This document shows, piece after piece, positions 37,688 to 46,299 of a stretch of DNA of 64,000 nt. The stretch is from an uncultured Pseudomonadota bacterium. GTDB taxonomy: Bacteria; Vulcanimicrobiota; Vulcanimicrobiia; Eremiobacterales; Eremiobacteraceae. Positions within the stretch are counted from its first letter, which is position 1, and each line of letters opens with the position of its first letter. A model generated the notes under the pieces. The model worked only from the letters and a program-made list of their open reading frames with translations, did no database searches and was not told the origin of the DNA. The position numbers and the translations under genes were made by a program. Location: contig CAVTNB010000001.1 of NCBI GenBank assembly GCA_963736005.1, positions 224,001 through 288,000 on the forward strand. Reading direction: 5' to 3'.

Positions 37688-39967
37688 CTAGCCGCACGAT
37701 CTCAAATCTCCAGGGATTCGACCACGAAGCACGGTGAGAGATTGTGCAGGAAGTGTAAAGAGGGTCTCAGAGTTTGGTGCTTGCCACCTGACAAGGCACG
37801 GCCGGAAAGTGGGTGCAGTGATCGTTGCTGACATCGGTCCCTCATCTGGAGCCGGAACAGAGCGTGATCCGCGCGAGCGCCACACGTATTGTCTAGATCC
37901 AAACGTTACTTGGATCACGTCGTTGACGAACGTTTCTGATCCAGGCTGCTGGGGCGAAACAAATCGAAGGTCAACAGTGTGCGCCTGCACATCCTTATTG
38001 ATGAGCAAGACGGACCACTCGTCCCAATTAGACTCCGCGCGCTTTGCGGCGTAGGCGGTCACGAGAGCATAACCGCCGCGTTGAATATTTGTTGTCGTTG
38101 AATAGAGCGTGAAGGTTGCCCTTGACGGTGCAAGCCACTTCTCAGCGAGCATCTGGGCTGCGAAAAATTGAGCGCCGAGCGCGCGGATATGCGCGTGGCC
38201 GTCAGCCACAAACATAGTGAGGTTTCCCCAATCACTTGGACAATCCGCGTTTTGGGTAAGCGGCACCGGTTCGTACTGATAGTAAACCGCTCCGCTAACG
38301 CCATTTGCGAGAGCGCTCGCCATGTAGTCGGCTTGCCAGAGCGCTCCCTCGATCTGCATGGGCACTTGGGTGAAATTGACCGCCGAGAAGTTCGCCTCGC
38401 TGATGTATATTGGCACGTTCGTCGGCAACCCGTCGGAGCGCCACTGGTTCACGATGCCCTTCATGATCGAGGGTTCCTGAAGAAGATCTTGCTGCAACAC
38501 TGCTCCCCGATCGCAGCCACCGAACGGGTAATGTTCGAACGACATGAACGCGAGCTGCTGCATCTGGCCGTGCGAGCGCAGGTAGTTCAAGAAGCGGTTG
38601 AGCCACGAGATGTTGCCCTGCGCGTCTGACCAGGTCTGCAATTCAGAGTTGACGCCCGAAAAAACAGGACCGCCCAGCTTCAGCGCTGGATAAATTGCAT
38701 GAATCGCCTTCGCCCACTGCACGTAGAGGGCGGCATAGTCTTCCGGTTGCGTGTACTGTCCGTCGGGCTCCTCGCCGAGCTCGATGAACGCTACCGGATA
38801 ATCGCGCGCCTTGAGATAACGGATTTCATTGACCGCATTCTGAGGCGTGCTATAGAGCATAGGGACTGGATACATCGCGCCGATTTCTCGCGTGAGTCCG
38901 CTGCGGGCGATCAGATCGAGCCCCGGTTGCTCCTGATTCTTCACGCGATTTGCGCTTGTGTGCCAAGGGTCAACCGATGAAACGTACGTTGCGGTTTGGC
39001 GCCAACCGCAGGCATACTTTTGGGGATTCGCGCCGCCGCACGGTGCATGGTGAACGTAGTCGCTAAAGCGGCCCGTTCTGGTTACGTTTCCTATGAAGAT
39101 CTCGTTCATGGCGTAGCCGACGCAGTTACGGCCATCAGAGCTACCGTGTGAGTCGCACGTGTTCGAGGAACCGGTCATTAGCACTCGTACGAAACGTGCG
39201 GGAATGGGCACCTTGCCGAATTGCGACAAAGCTGTTCCACCACGCCCGTTTGCGACCAGACCGGAAGGGAAGGTCTGCCAGTCGCCTACGCCGGGATTGT
39301 TGATGGCATCATCGCCTGTCCAGTATTCGATCCGATAGTTAGTAGCGTACGGATTGCTCCAATCGATTCGGACCGCATTGACTGGGCGCGGTTGCCCTAA
39401 ATCGACCACAACCCACTGGGGATGTTGGCCATCCGGATCGCCGGTAAATCGCCGAGTGAGGTATGGATCGCTTTTCCAGTACGTCTTTGGGTTGCCATCG
39501 TCAAGACGCGAGTAGTCTTCGTTGTTACCCTGATCGGTTGTAAAACCTCGGTGGGGCAGCCGATAGCCAAAAGAGTCGCTGATCAGAGCGTTTGAGATGT
39601 GGTCGCCTGAAACCCAATAGCCCTGCGTACCCTCACTGAAGGTGCCTGCGGGATTCCAGTGCCAATCTTGGACAGAAAGCTCTGTGAAGAGCCTGTAGCT
39701 CAGCCAACCAAGTCCGGCCGCCAACATCTGCCTGACGTTACGCTTTGAGTAAAGAGACGGAATGCTGCCAGCCGGCTCTTTGTCAACTGTCGAACCGAGC
39801 GCGACCAGCGGACGAATAACTTGAATCGGCCGCGTGCGATCGATTTGGACCAACTCAGCCGTCGCCGAGGGAGCGGGCGTTGGTGTGGGCGTTTCTGCGG
39901 CGCGCGTGGCCGCGGGAGCCAGGCTCACAACCAAAGAAAATACGAGCGCCAACAGCAGCGAGCGCAT
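37688..39967 (-). CDS. Paralogous secreted GH-A-like hydrolase with F5/8 domain
   Basis: Colinear with the previous gene (SYRL.TELS.QDWHWNP, ELGEEPDG, IYISEAN). Confidence 0.75.
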   Translation of the reverse strand: MRSLLLALVFSLVVSLAPAATRAAETPTPTPAPSATAELVQIDRTRPIQVIRPLVALGSTVDKEPAGSIPSLYSKRNVRQMLAAGLGWLSYRLFTELSVQDWHWNPAGTFSEGTQGYWVSGDHISNALISDSFGYRLPHRGFTTDQGNNEDYSRLDDGNPKTYWKSDPYLTRRFTGDPDGQHPQWVVVDLGQPRPVNAVRIDWSNPYATNYRIEYWTGDDAINNPGVGDWQTFPSGLVANGRGGTALSQFGKVPIPARFVRVLMTGSSNTCDSHGSSDGRNCVGYAMNEIFIGNVTRTGRFSDYVHHAPCGGANPQKYACGWRQTATYVSSVDPWHTSANRVKNQEQPGLDLIARSGLTREIGAMYPVPMLYSTPQNAVNEIRYLKARDYPVAFIELGEEPDGQYTQPEDYAALYVQWAKAIHAIYPALKLGGPVFSGVNSELQTWSDAQGNISWLNRFLNYLRSHGQMQQLAFMSFEHYPFGGCDRGAVLQQDLLQEPSIMKGIVNQWRSDGLPTNVPIYISEANFSAVNFTQVPMQIEGALWQADYMASALANGVSGAVYYQYEPVPLTQNADCPSDWGNLTMFVADGHAHIRALGAQFFAAQMLAEKWLAPSRATFTLYSTTTNIQRGGYALVTAYAAKRAESNWDEWSVLLINKDVQAHTVDLRFVSPQQPGSETFVNDVIQVTFGSRQYVWRSRGSRSVPAPDEGPMSATITAPTFRPCLVRWQAPNSETLFTLPAQSLTVLRGRIPGDLRSCG

Positions 39968-40251
39968 GTGCCGGCACATTCATGGCGAAACGCCAACACC
40001 CTTCGCCTCCTTTACAGCAACCCGTTGCGCTTGACGTCGCCCGGCCAGCGGGGATAGGGGGGTAAACGAGCAAGAACTTGGAGCCCTATAGGCGAACGAA
40101 CGTCAGTCGCGCTCGTCTCTCGCGTGCGCGCCTAGGGTTGTCGCACTCCGGGTCGAAGCCAATATTCAGGCGACATTTACCGACTGGTTGGCTTTTCAAG
40201 GGTGGGTAATGATTCGCAATGAGTTTGCAATGAAACGCGTGGAATGAAGTC

Positions 40252-40548
40252 ATGCAGAAAATGACGGATGAAAATGCCCGAGAGGCGCTTCATACTCTCT
40301 CAAACGAGAGACCGAAGTACTCGAACAGCGAGTTGTTTGAGTTTGCTGCTACCTTGGGGTCCCTAGAATGTCCCCACGCCGATTTAGCCGTGGCGTTCGC
40401 GGCATATGCGGGGATGAACATCGAGACGATCTGTTCGGCGTGGGAGTATCGGTTCTACAATCTGAGCGCCCCCGAAGATAACCGGGGAAAGGCGCTGGCA
40501 AAGTTTGAGGAAATCGTGGCGCTGATAAAGCGGAACATCGGCACATAA
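40252..40548 (+). CDS. Hypothetical protein (98 aa)
   Basis: ATG ORF with plausible helical composition; no family recognised. Confidence 0.45.
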   Translation: MQKMTDENAREALHTLSNERPKYSNSELFEFAATLGSLECPHADLAVAFAAYAGMNIETICSAWEYRFYNLSAPEDNRGKALAKFEEIVALIKRNIGT

Positions 40549-40579
40549 CACATCGTCAGCGAACCGCCACCGTCTGCGT

Positions 40580-40813
40580 TTAGCGTTCCAAGCGCTGGCG
40601 CAATAAAGTAATAGCTGCGTTCACGTTCCCGGTGAGGTCGCTTCCGCATTTCGGGCATCGTAAGAGATCCCCAGATTGAAACGCATTGATGACGTTTCGC
40701 GCTTCCTCGTCGGAGAATTGCGTCGCAGTGAGGCCGCAGTGCGTGCACTTAAAAGGTGCGGGCTCTTTCAAAAGAACATCCCTTGCTGGCGTGATGCTGT
40801 CGTGCCACATCAT
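40580..40813 (-). CDS. Small Zn-ribbon protein
   Basis: FKCTHCG...LRCPKCG. Confidence 0.5.
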   Translation of the reverse strand: MMWHDSITPARDVLLKEPAPFKCTHCGLTATQFSDEEARNVINAFQSGDLLRCPKCGSDLTGNVNAAITLLRQRLER

Positions 40814-41294
40814 TAGTCATTGGCCCCCGGTCTTCCGTGGCGAAGACACCGTCTAAAAGAGCGGCATCGCCGGGACACGTTGGCCTTGGGTGGCAAGTCT
40901 CAGCGAATGGCCACTTGCCAAAGGAGCCACCATCCGATGATCAGGGCGGAGAGCATTTCAACCGAGAATGCGTAGGGTCGCCTCGGCGCGCCTTGGCAAA
41001 CGGTCGCAACGAGGGCATACGTGTCACAGTCAGCGCAGTTTGGAAACACAAGCATAGGTCTGGCGCTCCGTCTTTAAGAGTAAGAGAAACCCAGCTTAGG
41101 TTTGTTTCCCTGTTCCCGGCCTCGAGAAACCTAACCGAAATTCTTGAGACTTTCGGACTAGCCGTCCTCAAGGTGTCACTGCGGGAGCCCGCCGCACCAG
41201 CCGCAAACTTAAGAACTCAATCGCTCGAAAGGCCGAGCGAGGAAGCGCGATGAGGCGTTCGTTTTCCTAAAGTGATTGCCAGCAGGAGTACTTC

Positions 41295-41396
41295 ATGTAC
41301 AGCACACCGAGAATCATCGCTTCGCTCGATGCCACAGTCATATTGTCAGAGGCCCTGGGTGGGTGCGCGAGTCAGTGCCCGCCTCCTTTCGCCTAG
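41295..41396 (+). CDS. Putative RiPP/peptide precursor 1, MYSTPRIIASLDATVILSEALGGCASQCPPPFA (33 aa)
   Basis: Hand-translated; AGGAG RBS at 41284; homologous to 43433-43528; followed by a hairpin and T-tract. Confidence 0.75.
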   Translation: MYSTPRIIASLDATVILSEALGGCASQCPPPFA

Positions 41397-41422
41397 AGCC
41401 AAGGGATCAGTAGCAATCGACG

Positions 41423-41471
41423 CAAGAAGGGGAGCGAAGTCGCTAAGACAGGATTCCCCTTCTTGTTTTTT
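41423..41471 (+). terminator. Hairpin between precursor 1 and the convergent DUF6065-like gene
   Basis: caagaagggga...ttccccttcttg followed by tttttt. Confidence 0.6.
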
Positions 41472-41479
41472 AGGCGCGC

Positions 41480-42238
41480 TTACTCAGAAAAGCGTTTTAG
41501 GTTCAGTTTTTGGCGGTGGTGAAGTGCTTTGGTGCCGTCCGGGCTCGTGCCGAGCATATAGTGTTTCTGCCAAGTTGCGGGCTGCTGACCCTGATCCTTG
41601 GGGTGCACGGGCTTCATGAACTCAGCTCGACTCGTGCGCCAGGCGAAATAGGACTCTTTCAACCTTGAATTCTTCTCGAGGGACTCGAGTCGCGGTTCAA
41701 ACCGTTCGATATCCGCCAATCTTGTTGGCACAAGCATGGCAATCGGCTCATCGATCTCAAAACGAACTTTGTGCTTCGGCCTCGTGATCTGCCAGTTCAT
41801 CGTAAAAGGGGCCACAGACCAAGACGTTTCAACAATCCCTTCGAGCGGCACGATGCCATCTTTTGGCAGATTCGCCGGACCCCGCACCATCAAGTCGAAG
41901 GCTTGTGAAGTTCTAAAGAGATAGGGCAAGCTGAACGTGAGGATACCATACCCAAAATGACTCGAAGCCCAGGTGGGACCTGTGCCGCGAAGATATCGAA
42001 TCCGCAATGACGCTTGATCGCGGCCACCCTTCCATTCCGCTTCAAACGCGCGGTTGTTCAAGATGAACCAGCCAGCTTGATTTGCGATCAAGAGCGGCAA
42101 GCAGCGGTTAGCAAAACGCCCCGGCAATGATTCGATCCATCCGCGCATTCGCGGGGCAGGCTCGATTTTGAGGTCATCGTCACTCTTGCGGTAGGCGATG
42201 AGCTCGTGCTCATCACGTTTGTCTTCGCGAGTGTCCAT
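41480..42238 (-). CDS. DUF6065-like protein
   Basis: RCLPL..ANQ.GW, SHFG.GILTF, GP.N.PKDG..PLEG.VET.W, FTMNW; family recognised from memory. Confidence 0.75.
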   Translation of the reverse strand: MDTREDKRDEHELIAYRKSDDDLKIEPAPRMRGWIESLPGRFANRCLPLLIANQAGWFILNNRAFEAEWKGGRDQASLRIRYLRGTGPTWASSHFGYGILTFSLPYLFRTSQAFDLMVRGPANLPKDGIVPLEGIVETSWSVAPFTMNWQITRPKHKVRFEIDEPIAMLVPTRLADIERFEPRLESLEKNSRLKESYFAWRTSRAEFMKPVHPKDQGQQPATWQKHYMLGTSPDGTKALHHRQKLNLKRFSE

Positions 42239-42277
42239 CTTCAGTGTAACAGGTGCTGCCTCGCCTTTTGTGGACCC

Positions 42278-42418
42278 TTACGTGCAGGCGGGGTGTCCGC
42301 ACTCGCATTTATGCTGTTGCTGGTGCTCCGTGTGTTTGGCGCAATGTCCACTGCAGAACCGGCCAGATGTCGCCATGCACTTACAGTGCTCGTGTTCGCA
42401 TTTTTTTGGCTCGGCCAT
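42278..42418 (-). CDS. Bacterial metallothionein-like peptide, MAEPKKCEHEHCKCMATSGRFCSGHCAKHTEHQQQHKCECGHPACT (46 aa)
   Basis: Hand-translated; 8 Cys and 7 His; CxHxxCxC...FCSxxC...CxCGHxxC pattern; AAGGGAG RBS. Confidence 0.8.
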   Translation of the reverse strand: MAEPKKCEHEHCKCMATSGRFCSGHCAKHTEHQQQHKCECGHPACT

Positions 42419-42589
42419 TGAATTAATCTCCCTTGCAAGACGCCTGGGTGCAGGAAAAGGCTCAGCTATCGTTTGTTCCTTGGATTAGCTGGCCACCTGC
42501 TCGACGAGAGAAAACGCTGTCGATACGAGCGCTAGCGACCCACGAGACGGCGTTTTCCGCTAAGCGGTCCTAGAATTGAGCATTCCGAA

Positions 42590-43336
42590 GTGATGCGCGC
42601 TCTTACACACGAAGAAGATCAGGTGATCGACCAAGACCTTTTCGAGGGGACTCGCGAGGAGCTGGCGACACGGCGTTATGCCGTTCTCCGTCCCGACGTC
42701 ATCATTTCAGCCATCGACCGCCTCAAGCTGCGTGCCGCCGTCTTTCAAGACGCGCGCCTCGAAGTAGACCAGCCGGACATGCATCCCAATCGGAGTCGCG
42801 CCGATGCCGTGCTGAGGTTTGCGTGGAGAGGAAGCGACGTTGAGCTCACCCTTGGTCCGAACCCGTCCACTGCGCCGGAAACTCGTCAGGTTGTACGGTA
42901 CACGGCGAATCACAAAGGCGATCGGGAATACCTAAGGCTAAGGGCGCTCGACATTCCCGAATTGAGAAAGCTCCTTGTTGGCCTCCTCAATCTCATTCCG
43001 CGGGAGTCGCGACGGGAAAGGGGATTACTGGGCGTGCATGCCTTGCGGACGTTCGGAGACGTTGTTTTCGTTCGACATCGCGACGGGAGTGTTGACGCTC
43101 CGGTTGATTGGGTCGCATCCTATGTAGCGTCAAAGAGCGGGGACGGTGCAGAGACGCAGTTGACGTTAGATCAGGATGGCAAACTGCTTATTGCTAAGGC
43201 TGTTCTTGCCCAAGGCCAGCTGGCTGTGCATCATGACGCCACATTCTTTCATTACGTCACGCCTCTCGTAAGCGGAAGCCCTGACGGCAAGCAGCGTGAC
43301 GCTGTGGTCATTACTATTAGACCAGACTTCGAGTGA
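42590..43336 (+). CDS. 2OG-Fe(II) dioxygenase (PF10014/BsmA-like)
   Basis: HRDG (HxD), distal H in FFHYVTPL, and RDAVVIT 2OG-binding Arg. Confidence 0.75.
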   Translation: MMRALTHEEDQVIDQDLFEGTREELATRRYAVLRPDVIISAIDRLKLRAAVFQDARLEVDQPDMHPNRSRADAVLRFAWRGSDVELTLGPNPSTAPETRQVVRYTANHKGDREYLRLRALDIPELRKLLVGLLNLIPRESRRERGLLGVHALRTFGDVVFVRHRDGSVDAPVDWVASYVASKSGDGAETQLTLDQDGKLLIAKAVLAQGQLAVHHDATFFHYVTPLVSGSPDGKQRDAVVITIRPDFE

Positions 43337-43388
43337 GCGCAGAGGACGCTTTAGTGCTTTTGGACTAAGGCAGGCAAGGGCGGTGGCA

Positions 43389-43397
43389 TGTTACAAT
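43389..43397 (+). promoter_or_regulatory. Extended -10 element (TGnTACAAT) upstream of precursor 2
   Basis: tgttacaat about 35 nt before the ATG; taaggag RBS follows. Confidence 0.45.
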
Positions 43398-43432
43398 GGT
43401 CAGAGTCGCCCCTCATAAGGAGAACCATCCTC

Positions 43433-43528
43433 ATGTACACGGCCCCAAAAATTCTCGCATCTCTCGATGTCACGGCTGTCATGTCTGAAACTCTCGGCGA
43501 TTGCCACTCAAGCGCAGGAACTTTATAG
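43433..43528 (+). CDS. Putative RiPP/peptide precursor 2, MYTAPKILASLDVTAVMSETLGDCHSSAGTL (31 aa)
   Basis: Hand-translated; TAAGGAG RBS; leader homologous to precursor 1. Confidence 0.75.
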   Translation: MYTAPKILASLDVTAVMSETLGDCHSSAGTL

Positions 43529-43562
43529 TTTTCTGAACTTAGTTACGTACGGTGCACATCAT

Positions 43563-43593
43563 GGAGCCGGCGATACGTCGGCTCCTTCATTTT
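43563..43593 (+). terminator. Intrinsic terminator after precursor 2
   Basis: ggagccggcg-ata-cgtcggctcc followed by ttcatttt. Confidence 0.65.
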
Positions 43594-43793
43594 AGATATG
43601 GAACTTTAAATCCCAGTTTGCGATCGAGATGTTGTTGTAACCCCAGTTGGCAGAAGCACAGAAAGTGCGACCCGACGATAAGAGACTGTCCCCTCTCCGT
43701 CAAAGTACTGCAACAACGCAACACTTTCAAGCCGTGGCGCTCTTGCGTTTTCTGAAAGCTTGCGACTGGGGATCTGGTCCCAGGAGGGAGGCT

Positions 43794-45464
43794 ATGTCTT
43801 CACCCTCATCTCACCGAGCGACGGCGCGCGTAACGGTTGTCACCGCTTTGGCGGCCGCCGCAATGGCGACCGTGTTGTCCGGCTCAGCCTGCACGAAGGT
43901 CTCGACCGGAGGGCCGTTATCTAGCCGGGCGGTGCCGGGTGTCGTGCGCATCGTCGGCATCGGCTCGATGGACAATATGGTGCCGGAGCTCTCCGCCACG
44001 ATTGCCGCGGTCGACGTGGGGATGTTCTGGGCCGGCTGGTTCTTCATCGTCAACGACAAAGGTCAACTCGAGCCGGATTTAGCTACAGAGGTGCCGACGC
44101 CCTCAAACGGTGGCATCAGCAAGGACGGACTTACCATCCGCTATCATTTGCGTCGTGGTGTTACGTGGCATGACGGCGTTGCGTTCACGGCACGCGACGC
44201 GATCTTTACGTGGCGGCTTATCATGAACCCCAACAACAACGTGCTGAGCCGCACAGGATACGATCAAGTTGCATCTATGGACGCGCCGGACCCCTATACG
44301 CTCGTGGTGCATCTCAAAAGACCTTACAGTCCGGTTATCGCTGCATTGTTCAGCATGAGCGGAACGCCAATGTGCGTGTTACCGGAACACCTGCTGCGAG
44401 GCTTACCAGATATCAATCATGCCGCATTCAATAACAAGCCTGTCGGCACAGGTCCCTTCATGGTCGCACATTACGATCCGCAATCGGGGGTTGACCTCAT
44501 CGCAAATCCACACTATTGGCGAGGGCCTCCGAAACTCCATGACATTCACATCATCTTCGCGCAAGATGACAGCACGCGCATCGTGATGATGAGGACCGGC
44601 GAGGCTGACCTCTTCTACGATCCAGCAAATCGTGTGGTGCCGGAACTTGCAGGCATACCCGACACTCGAGCACTGCATACGCCATTCGAGGAGTTTTGGT
44701 ATCTCGATTTCAACCTAAAGCGTCCGCCCCTTGACGATCTCCGCTTGCGCCGAGCCATCGTGATGGCGGTCGATAGGCAGTCGATCATTCGCGACCTCTT
44801 GCACGGTTACGCGACGATAGCCAACGGCGATCAGCCCCCGTTCTCGTGGGCCCACGATCCATCCACGGAAGCTCCGTCGTACGATCCCGTGGGTGCAGCG
44901 CGCCTGCTTGATCAGGCGGGATGGGAGCTTGGCGCAGATGGGGTGCGACGCCGCAATGGGAGACCGCTCACGCTTGTGTACGCCTACAGCGTAAATTCCG
45001 GTGATGGCGTACGGTATGGCCCGATTTTCCAAAATGTTATGCGTCAGCTAGGTATTGTCGTCAGTGTGAAGGGTTACCCGGACAGCCTCTTCTACGCCGC
45101 GAAGCAATCCGGAGGGATCCTGCAAAACGGTAAGTTCGATGTTTCCTATCAAGGCTGGATCGGTGGCATCGATCCCGATGACCGGACTTTGTGGGCGTGC
45201 GATCAACAGCCCCCAAGCGGATACAACACGTCATTCCTTTGTGATCGGCGCGTCGACGAACAAGAGCGCATCGCAATGACATCGTACGACCTCAAGACGC
45301 GTAAGGCGGCATACGCTCGCATTCAAGAATTGCTCAACGCGGATCTTCCGGTCGATTTTCTGTATTGGTCGATGCGCAACGACAGCGTGCGCAGCGAACT
45401 CCGCAACTACCAGCCCGCTCCGGTGGTGACTGAATTTTGGAATAGCTGGAAGTGGTCCATCTGA
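43794..45464 (+). CDS. Peptide/nickel ABC substrate-binding protein (family 5), no permease genes adjacent
   Basis: PDLA.EVP...NGGISKDG, W.DG..FTA.D, GTGPF, N..YW.G.P. Confidence 0.88.
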   Translation: MSSPSSHRATARVTVVTALAAAAMATVLSGSACTKVSTGGPLSSRAVPGVVRIVGIGSMDNMVPELSATIAAVDVGMFWAGWFFIVNDKGQLEPDLATEVPTPSNGGISKDGLTIRYHLRRGVTWHDGVAFTARDAIFTWRLIMNPNNNVLSRTGYDQVASMDAPDPYTLVVHLKRPYSPVIAALFSMSGTPMCVLPEHLLRGLPDINHAAFNNKPVGTGPFMVAHYDPQSGVDLIANPHYWRGPPKLHDIHIIFAQDDSTRIVMMRTGEADLFYDPANRVVPELAGIPDTRALHTPFEEFWYLDFNLKRPPLDDLRLRRAIVMAVDRQSIIRDLLHGYATIANGDQPPFSWAHDPSTEAPSYDPVGAARLLDQAGWELGADGVRRRNGRPLTLVYAYSVNSGDGVRYGPIFQNVMRQLGIVVSVKGYPDSLFYAAKQSGGILQNGKFDVSYQGWIGGIDPDDRTLWACDQQPPSGYNTSFLCDRRVDEQERIAMTSYDLKTRKAAYARIQELLNADLPVDFLYWSMRNDSVRSELRNYQPAPVVTEFWNSWKWSI

Positions 45465-45800
45465 GATCGATCCTGAGTCCCCGGATCAGGGGCTGAGGGT
45501 CCAAAACCTGTCGAAGCTCTCGCCGCACGCACGCACAGCCTCCAACGGCGTTAGTACCCTTACTCGCGTGCCCGCCTTTTCCAAAAAATTTTGGGAAAAA
45601 ATTTCTTGAGCGTTTCGTCCGGGCGCACCGCCAGGCTCAAACATATGGTCAAACCTAGGGCACGGGTGTTCGAATAGATAAAAACTGGCATCACGACGCT
45701 TCTTTTTCTCTCTTTACGAGGGCGTTAGGCCGCCTACTGCCAAACAGCCTCACTTCCCCACTAAATTGTGCTTTCGCCTCATGTGTGAAAGGACATTATC

Positions 45801-46259
45801 ATGTTTCGAACACTTCGCGTTATTCTTTGCGCTCTCGTGTTAATGGGCGCTGGAACAAAGATACTTGGCAGCGCAGATGGAGAGACGCCGGGCACCCATA
45901 TCGATGTAACCCAACTCAAACGCATTTCTGGGAACATGGTTTCCCTGCAGTTTGTTTTAGCAAACAATATGAGCACGACAATTCCGCTGGGTGGCTTGAT
46001 GGACGGATCTGATCAAATGCACGACAATGCCACGCTTGCGGGCATCTATCTTGACGACGGAAGCACCAAATACACGGTCGTGCGCGATGCGCAAGGCAAG
46101 TGCGTGTGCAGCTCCGACTTGACCTATCTTGAGCCGAAGTCTAAAGTAAATCTTTGGGCCAAGTTTTCCGCGCCGCCAACATCGACTAAGAAACTCAATG
46201 TAGACGTGCCTCACTTTCCGCCGGTCGAAGACGTGCCTCTGACGCCGCTTAGCCAATAG
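45801..46259 (+). CDS. Secreted Ig-like protein
   Basis: AAAGGA RBS, signal peptide, KY.V.RD..G.C.CS, WAKF.APP. Confidence 0.7.
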   Translation: MFRTLRVILCALVLMGAGTKILGSADGETPGTHIDVTQLKRISGNMVSLQFVLANNMSTTIPLGGLMDGSDQMHDNATLAGIYLDDGSTKYTVVRDAQGKCVCSSDLTYLEPKSKVNLWAKFSAPPTSTKKLNVDVPHFPPVEDVPLTPLSQ

Positions 46260-46299
46260 GAGTGCCATAGGTCTGACAAGCCGCTAGAGGGTCTCGAGC

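Noticed and set aside
40837..41253. 138-aa ORF upstream of precursor 1
   Set aside because: No RBS or recognisable motif; it cannot be supported as a gene.
42241..42438. 65-aa minus-strand ORF in the track
   Set aside because: Wrong frame; the overlapping 42278-42418 frame has an RBS and a metallothionein pattern.
41295..43528. Calling the micro-ORFs lasso peptide or lanthipeptide precursors
   Set aside because: The cores are too short and lack a ring Asp/Glu at positions 7-9, and no cyclase, RRE or Lan enzyme is in the window; only a leader resemblance exists.
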